Positions 1 through 9,781 of a DNA stretch of 64,000 nt are shown here, one piece after another; within the stretch, counting starts at the first letter, position 1; each line of letters opens with the position of its first letter. The DNA comes from Myxococcota bacterium (lineage in GTDB: Bacteria > Myxococcota_A > UBA796 > CAJQPC01). The stretch spans positions 21,339 to 85,338 of the forward strand of contig JAZAMN010000047.1 in the NCBI GenBank assembly GCA_036229005.1. The letters run 5' to 3'. The notes under the pieces are model-generated. The model saw nothing but the letters and a program-made list of their open reading frames with translations. It was not told the origin of the DNA and made no database searches. Made by a program: the position numbers and the translations under genes.

Positions 1-35
1 GTGCACTCACGGCCGCCAGCGAGGTCCTGCTGTGA
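1..35 (+). CDS. 3' end of a gene entering from the left edge (partial)
   Basis: Frame 3 reads ALTAASEVLL* with high GC3; its TGA overlaps the next GTG (GTGA coupling). Confidence 0.4.
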   Translation, partial: ALTAASEVLL

Positions 36-418
36 TCGACTGGCGCACCGCGCTCTCTGGCCTGGCCCTGGGCGTCGTCGTGGCCCGCGCCGGGCTGGGT
101 GGCCCGGAGCTCGTGTATCGGGCCCTGAACGGGCAGGGGATCTGGCTGCTGCTCGCGGGGGGAGGCCTGCTGGCGCTCCACAACCTGCGCAGCCCCAAGC
201 CGGTCTCCCTGCCGCGCCAGCTCGTTGGCGGGGTGCTGCTGGGGGTGGGCATCGCGGTGACCGGCTCGCTGCCTCTGACCCTGGCGGTGGGGATCGGCGA
301 GGGCCGCTACCTGGGGCTGCTGCTGGGGTTGGCGGCGCTGGGCGGCTGGAAGGCCATGGCCGCGCTGGAGGCCCGGCGTCAGGAGCGCGCGAGCTCCAAG
401 AGCTCCCCCAGCTCCTGA
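32..418 (+). CDS. small integral membrane protein (about 4 TM helices)
   Basis: Four hydrophobic Leu/Gly-rich segments; GTG start coupled to the upstream stop. Confidence 0.65.
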   Translation: MIDWRTALSGLALGVVVARAGLGGPELVYRALNGQGIWLLLAGGGLLALHNLRSPKPVSLPRQLVGGVLLGVGIAVTGSLPLTLAVGIGEGRYLGLLLGLAALGGWKAMAALEARRQERASSKSSPSS

Positions 419-1173
419 GCGTTCCGGGGGCGCGCCTGGGGGTTGGACGCCAGGCAACGCAGGGCCAGGGCGCCCAGCGGACCCGGGGGCGGGGAGGGGA
501 GGGCGTCGAGCTTGGGGAGCAGCTCGGGCAGAGAGCGGGCGTGCCGCGGGGGCGTCCCCACCAGGATCTCGTAGAGGATGCCGCCCACCGCGTGCACGTC
601 GGTCCAGGGGCCCTGGGCGTCCACGTGCCCGCGGGCCTGCTCGGCGGCCATGTAGCCCAGCGAGCCCAGCACATCGCCGTCCAGGGTCATGGGGCCGACC
701 TGGTCGCGCACGGTGCCCTGGGGCGCGCGGGCGAGGCCCCAATCCAGGATCAACACCTCGCCGAAGGCCCCGAGCATCAGGTTGCTGGGCTTGATGTCGC
801 GGTGGAGCACGTCCTGGTGGTGGGCGAAGGCCAGGCCCTGGCAGACCTCGGCCAAGGCGTCCAGGAGCACTGCGCGCGCGGCCCCGTCGGTCATGGCCTG
901 TTTGAGGGTGCGGCCGCGGACGAGCTTCATCACGTAGTAGAGGTCGCCCTGCGCCGTCTTCCCGATGTCGTGGACCGGGATGATGTTGGGGTGCTCGAGC
1001 TGGGCGGGGACCTGGGCCTCGGTGACAAAGCGCAGGCGCTGAAGGCGGGTGCTGCCCTCGCGGTCCAGGCGCTTGAGGGCCACCTGGCGCCCCAGGTCGT
1101 GGTCCGTGGCCCGGAAGATCACGCCTCCAGCGCCGCGGCCGATCTCTTCGTGGAGCTCGTAGCGGACGTCCAT
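379..1173 (-). CDS. Hanks-type Ser/Thr protein kinase (kinase domain only)
   Basis: IGRGAGG loop, VALK, HPNI, HRDIKPSN, DWG, YMAAEQARG, DVHAVG motifs. Confidence 0.92.
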   Translation of the reverse strand: MDVRYELHEEIGRGAGGVIFRATDHDLGRQVALKRLDREGSTRLQRLRFVTEAQVPAQLEHPNIIPVHDIGKTAQGDLYYVMKLVRGRTLKQAMTDGAARAVLLDALAEVCQGLAFAHHQDVLHRDIKPSNLMLGAFGEVLILDWGLARAPQGTVRDQVGPMTLDGDVLGSLGYMAAEQARGHVDAQGPWTDVHAVGGILYEILVGTPPRHARSLPELLPKLDALPSPPPGPLGALALRCLASNPQARPRNAQELGELLELARS

Positions 1174-1210
1174 CAGCCGACCTCTGTCAGCGGGCGCTCA
1201 GCCAAGGCGC

Positions 1211-1882
1211 TCACTTCTGGGTGACGGACTCGCGGGCCTTGAGGCGCCGCTGGTAGCGGGCGACGCGGGTGCGCAACTGGACCTCGCGCTTGCGGGCGGC
1301 CTCGAGCTTCTTCTCCAGGTCGTGGACGCGCTGCTCCAGGGCCTGGATCTTCTCCTGATCGCGGCCGTTCTGGCGGCGGAGGTGGCGGATCAGGGTGGTG
1401 GCCCGGCCGAATCCACCCGTGAAGTTCACCGGGGGGGGCGCGGCGCCACCGTCGGGGTTTGTGGGCTCCCCGGACTCGGTGGGGTCGTCGTTCTGGGGTT
1501 CGGACGGCTCCACGGAGTCGTAGGGCTCCGGCTCGTCGGTGCGGGGCACCAGCCAGGAGAAGCCGCCGTCGCTCTCGATGCCCAGCTCGACCCAGCGCTC
1601 GGGGGCCAGAGGCAGGAGGAGCTCGTCCGAGAGGCGGGAGAGGACGTAGCCCTGGCGCTTGCGGCCGCTGTCCCAGATGTGCAGGAAGCGGCTGGCGCGG
1701 ACCTGGGCGGGGGTGAGCCGCTCTTCGAAGCCGGACTGACGAGCGGGGGGATCCACCAGCACGCCAGGGCGCGCGACGCGCAGCAGGCCCTTGCCGTTGC
1801 GCACGTCGAAGCGCACCGAGAAGGTCGGATCGTCCCCGGAACCACGCCGTACCCAGAAGCGGAAACGGTTGGAATCACTCAT
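1211..1882 (-). CDS. hypothetical protein with acidic linker and C-terminal coiled coil
   Basis: ATG with GGAG upstream, high GC3, heptad-rich C-terminus. Confidence 0.7.
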   Translation of the reverse strand: MSDSNRFRFWVRRGSGDDPTFSVRFDVRNGKGLLRVARPGVLVDPPARQSGFEERLTPAQVRASRFLHIWDSGRKRQGYVLSRLSDELLLPLAPERWVELGIESDGGFSWLVPRTDEPEPYDSVEPSEPQNDDPTESGEPTNPDGGAAPPPVNFTGGFGRATTLIRHLRRQNGRDQEKIQALEQRVHDLEKKLEAARKREVQLRTRVARYQRRLKARESVTQK

Positions 1883-2006
1883 CGGGGACGGGCTCCTGAC
1901 CCGCGCTGGGCGGGCTGCTGCAAGGTGTCGACTGTCAGGAGCCTAACGCGTTCGGGCTTGTCTTGCGCGCCGCGCGTGGGCAAGCTCTGCCGCAGGAGAA
2001 TGAGCC

Positions 2007-2219
2007 ATGGGCATTGCCACCCGCCTTTTCAAGAGCGCTGCCCGCGGGGTCTACACCCGCGTCATGGACAAGGTGGGAGGCCGCGTGGTCGCTGGCTTTG
2101 CCGACACCTCGGCGGACGCGCCGGACGCGTACTTCACGCCCAAGCGCGACCGCTACGCCGAGATGGTGGCCGAAGAGCAGGCGGCGCGGGCGGCGGCCCG
2201 CAGTCCAAAGCCCGAGTAG
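2007..2219 (+). CDS. small hypothetical protein (70 aa)
   Basis: AGGAG RBS upstream, typical codon usage. Confidence 0.6.
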   Translation: MGIATRLFKSAARGVYTRVMDKVGGRVVAGFADTSADAPDAYFTPKRDRYAEMVAEEQAARAAARSPKPE

Positions 2220-2322
2220 CGGGGGCAGGGGCGGATGGGGCGGGTTTTGCGAGCCGCAGACGCTCGGTGACGGCGTGCTCTGATAAGGTCAGCCGCCCCA
2301 ACTGAGACCCGGAGAACCCCAA

Positions 2323-3453
2323 ATGCTGTGGTTGGCCTCCCTGCTCGCCTGCGAGATCGTTCCGCCCTACGTCGACACCATGGACATCGACGACGCCTTC
2401 GCGCATCAGCGCTTCAAGGTGGTCTGCAAGGGCCTGGAGATGCAGGAGGACGAGACCCGCTCCTACGCCGCCGGCAAGCTGGACGAGGTCCAGGACCCTG
2501 TCGCCCAGGAGTGCATGTGCCAGTGGGCCTGGGACGCCGAGGCGCACACCTACGACGCCGCCATCCTCAAGGGCCTGGAGGGCTCCGACCGCGAAGACCT
2601 GGTGGCCTGCTTCCTGCCCGCGGTGGACGACAAGGCCCTGGAGGGCCGCGCGGAGCTGGTCAACGGGCTGAATGGCACCCGCGCGCCGGCGGTCAAGGAC
2701 CGCATGGCCACGCTGGCCGCCGACAGCTCCGAGGATCTGGAGGTCCGCGTGGCCGCCGTGAAGGCGCTCGCGGGCTCCACCGTGGAGTCCCACGTGAGCA
2801 CCCTCCGCAGCCTGCTGACGGACCCCGCCGGGGAGATCCGGGCGGCGGCCGCTGACGGGCTCAAGGGTCAGGCGGACGAGGCCACGGTCGAGGCGCTCCG
2901 CAAGGCGCTCTCCGAGGACTCCGAACCTCAGGTGCGGGCGGCCGCGCTGCGCGTGCTCAAGGGCCTCAAGGTGGACGACGCGACCGAGCTGGTGTGCGCG
3001 GCGATGATCGAGGATGAGAGCCCAGTGGTCCGCAAGGCCGCGGTGCTGTCCTTCAAGGGGACCAAGCGCCAGGAGGCCATGGACTGCCTGCGCCGCAAGA
3101 CCCTGACCGAGGAGACCGACGGAGAGGTCCGCAGGGCCCTGCTGTCCGTGATCAAGGGCAGCCCCCACGAGGACGCTGGCGACGTGCTCTGCGATGCCAT
3201 CCCCTTCTACATGCGCACCTACATCAAGGACCGGCCCCCCGCCCAGGTCCCCGGCACCGACATCGCCGCTGCCCAGAACGACCGGGACTTCGAGAACAGC
3301 TACGCCTGCTTCCAGTCCGCGCTCCGCAAGAGCGGTGGCTGGAGCTGCCGCGGTCGCCAGTACGTTGCCTCCTGGTACAAGGAGGTCGGTGGCAGCACCC
3401 ACGTGCCTCGCTGCGCCGGGGACGCGGGGGCCGGAGAGGTGGTCTTCCAGTAG
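2323..3453 (+). CDS. HEAT-repeat lipoprotein
   Basis: MLWLASLLAC lipobox-like start; repeated D..EVRxAAxxAL HEAT units. Confidence 0.85.
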   Translation: MLWLASLLACEIVPPYVDTMDIDDAFAHQRFKVVCKGLEMQEDETRSYAAGKLDEVQDPVAQECMCQWAWDAEAHTYDAAILKGLEGSDREDLVACFLPAVDDKALEGRAELVNGLNGTRAPAVKDRMATLAADSSEDLEVRVAAVKALAGSTVESHVSTLRSLLTDPAGEIRAAAADGLKGQADEATVEALRKALSEDSEPQVRAAALRVLKGLKVDDATELVCAAMIEDESPVVRKAAVLSFKGTKRQEAMDCLRRKTLTEETDGEVRRALLSVIKGSPHEDAGDVLCDAIPFYMRTYIKDRPPAQVPGTDIAAAQNDRDFENSYACFQSALRKSGGWSCRGRQYVASWYKEVGGSTHVPRCAGDAGAGEVVFQ

Positions 3454-3524
3454 GCTCCAGGCTCCTCGCCGGGCGCGGGCAGGCGAGATACCCAAAGGCT
3501 CCCCAAACGTGAAGGAGCCAGCAC

Positions 3525-3968
3525 ATGGGCGTTCTCTCTGATCTGATCAAGGACCCCGCCGCCCGGCGGGCCATCGTGGACGACGGCGTCAAGGTGATCG
3601 ACGCCGAGGTCTCCGACAAGCGCGGCATCAGCGGGATGGCGGTCAAGGCCGGCTACAAGGCCGTCAAGAAGATCAAGCCCGGCTTCATCAACGTCGCGCT
3701 GGACATGCTGATGCCTGAGTTCGCGCAGGCCGTGGACCCCTTCTACGACGAGTGGAAGGCCAAGGGCAGCGGCACCCTGGAGGCCTTCTTCAAGGCCAAC
3801 GACAGCCGCATCGCCAACGCGCTGCTGGCCATCACGGACCGCCGCGTGGACGACAAGACCAACCGCGCCGCGGCCAAGGCCTACAAGAGTCTGCGGGGCC
3901 AGGGCGTGGAGCACACCAAGGCCGCGATGCCGCGCCTGGCGGGGCTGGTCAGCCGGCACGTCAAGTGA
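3525..3968 (+). CDS. DUF6918-like conserved hypothetical protein
   Basis: [33 protein letters not shown] pattern recognised from memory of this family. Confidence 0.7.
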   Translation: MGVLSDLIKDPAARRAIVDDGVKVIDAEVSDKRGISGMAVKAGYKAVKKIKPGFINVALDMLMPEFAQAVDPFYDEWKAKGSGTLEAFFKANDSRIANALLAITDRRVDDKTNRAAAKAYKSLRGQGVEHTKAAMPRLAGLVSRHVK

Positions 3969-4327
3969 AGGGCCGGATCTACGTCCTGGGGAGCTGCAAC
4001 ACCTGCACGCGCATCCTGGGGGGGCTGCCCCAGGGCGCGCTCGAAGTGCGGGAGTTCCGCAGCGCGCCCATCACGGAGGCCGAGCTCGACGAGATGATCG
4101 AGCTCGCCGGGTCCGCGGGGGCCCTGTTCTCCAAGCGCGCCCGCAAGTACCGGGAGCTGGGGCTGCACGAGCAGGCCCCCAGTGAGCAGCAGATGCGGGC
4201 GCTGATCCTGGAGCACGACACCTTCCTCAAGCGGCCGGTGGCCATCGTGGAGGGGGAGTCGGGCGCACAGATCTTCGTGGGAAATGCAAAGAAGAACGTC
4301 AGCGCGCTGATTGCGGCGCTGTCCTGA
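3965..4327 (+). CDS. ArsC/Spx family thioredoxin-fold protein
   Basis: N-terminal CNTC motif and FLKRPV motif; GTG overlaps upstream stop (GTGA). Confidence 0.85.
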   Translation: MKGRIYVLGSCNTCTRILGGLPQGALEVREFRSAPITEAELDEMIELAGSAGALFSKRARKYRELGLHEQAPSEQQMRALILEHDTFLKRPVAIVEGESGAQIFVGNAKKNVSALIAALS

Positions 4328-4336
4328 GGAGAGGCC

Positions 4337-5128
4337 ATGATCAAGAAGGTGCTCAAGCTCCCCTTCCGGCTGGTGAAGAAGGTGGTCGGCGCGGTCACAG
4401 GGGGTGGACGCGACCAGCCCGCGCCGGCGCCGGTCAAGCGCCCGGATCCCAAGCCCCGGAGCTGGGGCGAAGCCCAGGTGAAGCCGGCCACCGAGTCCCT
4501 GCCCCAGGCGGAGGAGGACTACGGCCACAGCCACGACCACGGCCATGATCACGGGCACAGCCACAGCCACGACCACGCGGAGTCCAAGGCCCCTGTCGAG
4601 CCGGCGCCCGCGAAGGCCGCCCCCAAGGAGTCCGCCGCGAAGGAGGCCCCCGCGAAGGAGGCCCCCGCCAAGGAGGCTGCCGCGAAGGAGACCCCCGCCA
4701 AGGAGGCTCCGGCCAAGAAGGCAGCCGCGAAGAAGGCCCCGGCCAAGAAGGCAGCCGCGAAGAAGGCCCCGGCCAAGAAGGCTGCCGCGAAGAAGACCCC
4801 GGCCAAGAAGCCTGCTGCAGAGAAGGCTCCCGCCGAGGCTCCCGCCGAGGCCCCCGCCAAAGCCAGCCGCGACCTGAGCATCGAGGTGGTCGACACCCCC
4901 AACCCCAACGCGATGAAGTTCATCGTTCAGGGGGAGACCGTCTCCGCCGAGGCCCTGAGCTTCGCCAAGCGGGATGACCCGCACCCCTTGGCGCAGGCGC
5001 TGTTCGCAGTACAGGGCGTGCGCACCATCTTCGCGGTGAACGACTTCGTGACCGTGACCAAGGAGGACGGCGCGAGCTGGGCGCGCCTGCAGGGCCCGAT
5101 CATCGAGGCCCTCAAGGCCACGGTCTGA
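4337..5128 (+). CDS. NifU N-terminal (Nfu_N) domain protein with His-rich and PAKKA-repeat linker
   Basis: C-terminal TPNPNAMKF...PLAQALF...GV..IF...DFVTVTK...[10 protein letters not shown] tract; [10 protein letters not shown] repeats. Confidence 0.85.
   Translation: MIKKVLKLPFRLVKKVVGAVTGGGRDQPAPAPVKRPDPKPRSWGEAQVKPATESLPQAEEDYGHSHDHGHDHGHSHSHDHAESKAPVEPAPAKAAPKESAAKEAPAKEAPAKEAAAKETPAKEAPAKKAAAKKAPAKKAAAKKAPAKKAAAKKTPAKKPAAEKAPAEAPAEAPAKASRDLSIEVVDTPNPNAMKFIVQGETVSAEALSFAKRDDPHPLAQALFAVQGVRTIFAVNDFVTVTKEDGASWARLQGPIIEALKATV
4609..4860 (+). repeat. coding 15-bp tandem repeat (AAG GAG/AAG GCC CCC GCC-like) encoding K/A/P pentapeptides
   Basis: Direct reading of DNA and protein. Confidence 0.8.
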
Positions 5129-5143
5129 GACCAGGGCCCGCCG

Positions 5144-5563
5144 TCAGCGGGTCTTGAACATGCGCTGATGCGGCCCGACGGCGGGGATGTCGAACACCTC
5201 GCCGACGGGCTGCCAGCCACCGCGGGCGTAGAAGGGGACGGCGCGGATGCGCGCGTTGCACCAGAGCCCCTGGCTGACCCTGTCCTCGACTGCGGTCAAG
5301 AGCTTTGAGCCGTGTCCGTGGGCCTGGAATTCGGGGAGGATGGCCATCCCGCGGAGCTGCCACCGCAGATCTGCTCCTCCCTGCTCCCAAGGATTGTCGA
5401 AGAGGCTGACCACTCCGATGATCGCCCCGTCGTGGAGCAGACCGTGGTGTAGGGCGTGGTCGTCGCCGGCGAAGATGGCGGTCTCACGGGGCCTACCGGC
5501 GCGGAGCACGCGCCAGCGCACGTCGATGACCTGGGCGGGTTCCAGAGGGGTGCAAGTGTGCAC
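5144..5563 (-). CDS. GNAT family acetyltransferase (YitH/ElaA-like)
   Basis: QLRGMAILPEFQAHGHGSKLL, WCNARIRAVPFYARGGW; GTG after AGGAG. Confidence 0.88.
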   Translation of the reverse strand: MHTCTPLEPAQVIDVRWRVLRAGRPRETAIFAGDDHALHHGLLHDGAIIGVVSLFDNPWEQGGADLRWQLRGMAILPEFQAHGHGSKLLTAVEDRVSQGLWCNARIRAVPFYARGGWQPVGEVFDIPAVGPHQRMFKTR

Positions 5564-5602
5564 GGGGACTCCTGCGGGGCTGCGGGGGCTATCCTGCCAC
5601 CG

Positions 5603-7453
5603 ATGAAGCCCTTGTTGGACAGGCTGGCTGGCGCACCCTTTGGCCTGTGGCTGGGGCTGTGGTGCGTTGCGCTCACGGTTGCGCTGACCTGGCCGACGGC
5701 GATCCACCTGGACCGCGCGGTGCTGGGCTCCCCGCACGCGGACGGGATCAAGCACCTGTGGACGCTGTGGTGGATGCGGGCCGAGCTCCTGCAGCAGCAC
5801 CAGATCCCCTTCGAGACCGCCTACGTCAACTACCCGGAGGGTATGGCGCTCTACCCCATCGAGCCCCTCAACGGCCTGCTGGTCTCGGTCCTGGGCTTCT
5901 TGCCGCTGGTGGCCGCGACGAACCTTGCGGCGCTGCTGAACCTCACCGGCACGGGGCTCGCGGCGGGCCTGTTGGGGCGCGAGGTGTCTGGGAGTCGCTG
6001 GGGCGGTCTGGCCAGCGCGACGCTGCTCCAGGGCAGCGCGATGGCCCTGTTCACCATTGACGTGGGCGTGGGCGAGCTGCAGCACCTGTGGTGGCTCCCC
6101 CTGGGCGGCTGGGTCTGGCTGCGGCTGCGCGACACCCTGCGCTGGCCCTACGCGGTGGGGCTCGGTCTGGCGCTGGCGGGCGCGACCTTGAGCTGCTTCT
6201 ACCACGGCTTCTTCCTGGCCACGGCGATCTCGGCCCTGGCACTGAGCACCCTCTGGGCGGGGCGTCAGACCCCGGCGCTGCTGCTGCGCTACGGGGTCGC
6301 GGCGGGTCTGGGGCTGCTGATCGTCCTGCCGGTCGTGAGCACCTTCGCGGGCAGCTACGGGGGCGGGGAGCCGCCGCAGGTGGGCCTGTTGAACTACATC
6401 CGCGGGGACTATGGGCAGCCGGTGACGGACCCGGTGTCCGCGCGGCTGGCGCTGCCGGAGCTGGTGATGCCGCGACGGGGGCTCCGGGAGGGCGCGTCCA
6501 TGGAGCTGCTGGGCTACGGCGGCGGACGCTATCTGGGGTGGGTGGCCGGCCTGCTGGGGCTCGGTGGGCTGATCCTCAAGCCCCGGAAGGCGGCCCCCTG
6601 GGTGCTCGCGGGGCTGGTCGGGGTGCTGCTGGCGGTGGGCTCTTTCTGGGTCTGGGACGGCCAGGAGGCGACCACTGCGGCGGGCGCGCGCTATCGGCTG
6701 CCCTTCTTCTACCTGAACCGGGCGCTGGGCTACGTGAGCGAGCCGCTGAACTTCCCGGTGCGCTTTCTGGCGGTGACCGCGATGGCCTGCGCCGTGGTGT
6801 CCTCGCTGGTGGTCTCAAGACTCCCAAAGCCTTGGATGATCCTCCCGCTTGCGGTGGTGGGGGTGCTCGATGTGCAGCGCCATCAGCTCATCTCCCGACC
6901 CCTGCCGAGCTTCGCGCCGTGGGACTTCTCGGAGCTGGCCCCGATGGCCGAGGACCCGCAGCCCACGGTGGATCTGAGCCAGGCGTGGCGCTCGGACAAG
7001 GAGATCCGCTACGCCTCGATCTCCGCGCAGGTGGTGCACCAGAGCCCCATTCAGGCGGTGCCGCTGGCGCGCATCGAGTTCTTCGCGACCCAGGGGCGGG
7101 ACATGGTGGGGGCGCTGCCCAGCGTGCAGGCTCTGGGGCAGGCCTTCCAGGGATCGCAGATCGTGCTGGATCCGGGGGAGCTGGAGAGGGATCTGGCGCT
7201 GCTTCACCATGCCGGCTTCCACCGCCTGATGATCTTGGGTATCGGGCCCGAACGCAGCATCCACCCGCAGGCGAGGAGCAGCTTGGCCCAACACCTGGGC
7301 ACCCCCTGGATCGACGGCGAGCACGCGCTGGTCTGGGAGATCCCGGAGCCCACGGTGGGGGCGGAGCAGCTCCAGCGCTGGCAGGCGGAGTGGGAGCGGC
7401 AGATCGAGGCTTCGAAGGACCAGCAGAGCGCGCCGGGGCCGCAGCTCAGGTAG
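5603..7453 (+). CDS. polytopic membrane protein, probable GT-C fold glycosyltransferase
   Basis: About 12 TM segments; D..HLWTLWW after TM1, NYPEG, FYHG, FPVRF motifs; soluble C-terminal domain. Confidence 0.6.
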   Translation: MKPLLDRLAGAPFGLWLGLWCVALTVALTWPTAIHLDRAVLGSPHADGIKHLWTLWWMRAELLQQHQIPFETAYVNYPEGMALYPIEPLNGLLVSVLGFLPLVAATNLAALLNLTGTGLAAGLLGREVSGSRWGGLASATLLQGSAMALFTIDVGVGELQHLWWLPLGGWVWLRLRDTLRWPYAVGLGLALAGATLSCFYHGFFLATAISALALSTLWAGRQTPALLLRYGVAAGLGLLIVLPVVSTFAGSYGGGEPPQVGLLNYIRGDYGQPVTDPVSARLALPELVMPRRGLREGASMELLGYGGGRYLGWVAGLLGLGGLILKPRKAAPWVLAGLVGVLLAVGSFWVWDGQEATTAAGARYRLPFFYLNRALGYVSEPLNFPVRFLAVTAMACAVVSSLVVSRLPKPWMILPLAVVGVLDVQRHQLISRPLPSFAPWDFSELAPMAEDPQPTVDLSQAWRSDKEIRYASISAQVVHQSPIQAVPLARIEFFATQGRDMVGALPSVQALGQAFQGSQIVLDPGELERDLALLHHAGFHRLMILGIGPERSIHPQARSSLAQHLGTPWIDGEHALVWEIPEPTVGAEQLQRWQAEWERQIEASKDQQSAPGPQLR

Positions 7454-7471
7454 CCGCCCGAGTCGCGGGCG

Positions 7472-8713
7472 TCAGGGGAGGTCGGGGAGGCGGGCCAGGG
7501 CGTCGGCCTGCTCTTCGGGAACGTAGAACCACTCGGCCTGGCGCTGGGAGATCCAGCCCATCTCGGCGGCGGTCAGGTGGCCTACGCGCATCTCCTCCAG
7601 GCGGGTGGGCTCGGCCTCCAGGTCCAGGCTCAGGGGCCGGTCGACGGCCATGATCTCGGCGAAGCGCTGGGGGTAGAGGGGCTCCGCGAAGGGCTCGACG
7701 TAGCCCTGGGGGTAGGCGGGCAGGTAGCTGCCGGGGTCGTACTTGTCGCTGGCACCCAGGGCGTGGCAGAGCTCGTGGCCCAGGGTGATCAGGGCGTAGG
7801 TGGGGTTCTGCTCGTGCAGGGAGATGTGGGCGACGGCCATGCGGCCCTTCTTGGAGCCCCGGGAGTGGCTGGCGATGTCCCCGTCGGCCCCCACGTAGAC
7901 CACGTAGAGCTTCACGGGGTAGTCGCTGGGGCGCTCCCCGCGGGCCCGGAGCTGTGTCTTGAACCAGCGCACGTAGCCGAGCGAGCGGGCGACCAGGCGC
8001 AGCGGGCCGTCGTCGGGCTCCCCCAAGGAAGGGGGCTGGGCGCCGTCGAACCAGGGGGTGTGGAGCTGCAGCTCGACGGCCCTTCCGGAGCGGCCGTAGC
8101 GGGCCTTCTCTTCGCTGAACCAGTCCTCGAGATCGAGCAGGGAGGGGCCCTGGTCCTGGGGGGCCTCCAGGCCGTTGAGGCTGCGCAAGAGGGGGTGGAA
8201 GCGGGCCTCGGGCGGCGCGAACTGGAACACTCCGACGCGCACGGGGCGGCCGGTCTCGACCTGTCGGCGGTCCCAACGCCAGGCCTCGGCGACCCCAAAG
8301 AGGAAGATGGCGAAGGCGGCCAGCATCACGAGCTGGCGAACGCGCACGCGGGCTCTGGCCTCCCACTGGTGGCTGGCGTGCTCGGGACAGAGGGCCCGCC
8401 CGCCGGACTGGCGTTGGCACTCGCTGCACACCGGGCGCCCGCACTGGGTGCAGGGCTCCGTGCTCAGGTGCCCCGGGTGGTCGGGGCAGTAGAGGCCCTC
8501 CCAGTCTTGAGAGACGACCACCTTGGCGCCGGCGTCGCGCAGGCGCTGGGCGCTGCGCTGGGCTTCGTCCGCGTCGTGGGTGAGGCGGATGGCCAGGGGG
8601 AGGGGGCGGCGACCGAGGGTATGGGTCGAGGGGAGCGCCTCGGCCAGCGCAGGCCAGCCGCCGGCGGGCAGCCGGACCAGGATGACGCGGAAGCTGGCGC
8701 GGGGGTGGGGCAG
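7472..8713 (-). CDS. membrane-anchored zincin-type metallopeptidase with N-terminal B-box-like Zn finger (probable CTG start)
   Basis: CPDH..CTQC..CSEC..CPEH, one TM, HELCHALGASDKY, EIMA Met-turn; frame is open upstream of GTG 8521 to a GGAGG-preceded CTG at 8713. Confidence 0.7.
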   Translation of the reverse strand: MPHPRASFRVILVRLPAGGWPALAEALPSTHTLGRRPLPLAIRLTHDADEAQRSAQRLRDAGAKVVVSQDWEGLYCPDHPGHLSTEPCTQCGRPVCSECQRQSGGRALCPEHASHQWEARARVRVRQLVMLAAFAIFLFGVAEAWRWDRRQVETGRPVRVGVFQFAPPEARFHPLLRSLNGLEAPQDQGPSLLDLEDWFSEEKARYGRSGRAVELQLHTPWFDGAQPPSLGEPDDGPLRLVARSLGYVRWFKTQLRARGERPSDYPVKLYVVYVGADGDIASHSRGSKKGRMAVAHISLHEQNPTYALITLGHELCHALGASDKYDPGSYLPAYPQGYVEPFAEPLYPQRFAEIMAVDRPLSLDLEAEPTRLEEMRVGHLTAAEMGWISQRQAEWFYVPEEQADALARLPDLP

Positions 8714-8800
8714 GGGACCTCCGTCTCCGTGAATCGGAAGGCAGGAGGCCAGGTTTAGGGAAGCTGTGGGCGGGAGGCGCCGGGGGGAGTCCGGGGGCTC

Positions 8801-9781
8801 TCAGTCGCCCAGGTGTTCGTCCACCGCCCGCTGCGCCGCTTCGACCACCACCGCGTGCCCCCGGTCGTTGAAGTGCACGTCGTCGTCCGACTGCCGCCGC
8901 AGGCTGACGGGGTCGGGACCCCACTCCAGGACGTGGAGCTCGGGCACCTGCTGCTGGACATGGCGGAGCAGCGGATTTGGGGTCACCCATCCGCGCAGGG
9001 GGGGGGCGTAGAAGATCTCCGTGGGGCCCAGCTCCTGCAGGCCCTGCAGAGAAGGGGCGCTCTCCCGCATCGGGGCGACCCCGGCTGGGATCCGGGCCTG
9101 GTGCTGAGGCCACGCCTCCGCCATCCGCCAGCTCACAAAGCGGAAGGCCTCGCTGCGCTCGAAGAGCCAGGGATTCCACAGGGGGGCGAAGGCCAGGCGG
9201 TGGGGTGGGGGCTGATAGAGGGCCTCTCGGCCATCGACCTCGACGCCGATCCGTGCCTGGAGGTCGGAGAGGTCGTTCTCGCAGAGCAGCACCAGGGTCA
9301 GGTCGGGCTCCAGACCCTCCTCCCGCAGATGCCGCGCGAGCGCCAGGTACTCGCCCGGGTGGTAGCCCATCTCCGCGACCACACAGAGCTGCACGTCTTC
9401 GGGCAGGCTCAGGCGCGCGGGCCAGGTGCCGTGCGGTTCGTTCTGGGGGGTGCCCTGCACGGTGGTGCTGTCCCCAAAGACCAGCAGCGTGCGGCCGGGG
9501 TGGTCATAGGCGCAGGCACCCCAGCGCGTGGCGAAGCCGCGGCGGTCCGCTTCCAGATCCGTGGGCAGGTAGGCCACCCCCCATTCCTCGCTGGCGAGCT
9601 TGCCCTCAACGAAGTCCTGCAGGGGCTCCCCCTGCAGCGCGATGGCCTGGCCCTGGCGGTGATCCAGGTCCTGCTGACGCGCCCAGAGCTCCACCCCTCC
9701 CAGGCCCACGACCACAGGCAGCAGCACCCCGGTCAGCCGGAGCACCAGGCGCTTTCCAGAGGGGCGGGCGCCAAGCCCCAT
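8801..9781 (-). CDS. SGNH/GDSL hydrolase family protein, membrane-anchored
   Basis: FGDS, CEND, DDVHFNDRGH motifs; ATG overlaps upstream stop. Confidence 0.85.
   Translation of the reverse strand: MGLGARPSGKRLVLRLTGVLLPVVVGLGGVELWARQQDLDHRQGQAIALQGEPLQDFVEGKLASEEWGVAYLPTDLEADRRGFATRWGACAYDHPGRTLLVFGDSTTVQGTPQNEPHGTWPARLSLPEDVQLCVVAEMGYHPGEYLALARHLREEGLEPDLTLVLLCENDLSDLQARIGVEVDGREALYQPPPHRLAFAPLWNPWLFERSEAFRFVSWRMAEAWPQHQARIPAGVAPMRESAPSLQGLQELGPTEIFYAPPLRGWVTPNPLLRHVQQQVPELHVLEWGPDPVSLRRQSDDDVHFNDRGHAVVVEAAQRAVDEHLGD

Noticed and set aside
8790..8810. Stop-codon readthrough or selenocysteine fusing the SGNH hydrolase to the in-frame downstream protease
   Set aside because: The frames coincide, but the linker after the TGA has poor codon usage and no convincing SECIS-like hairpin; an independent CTG start is simpler
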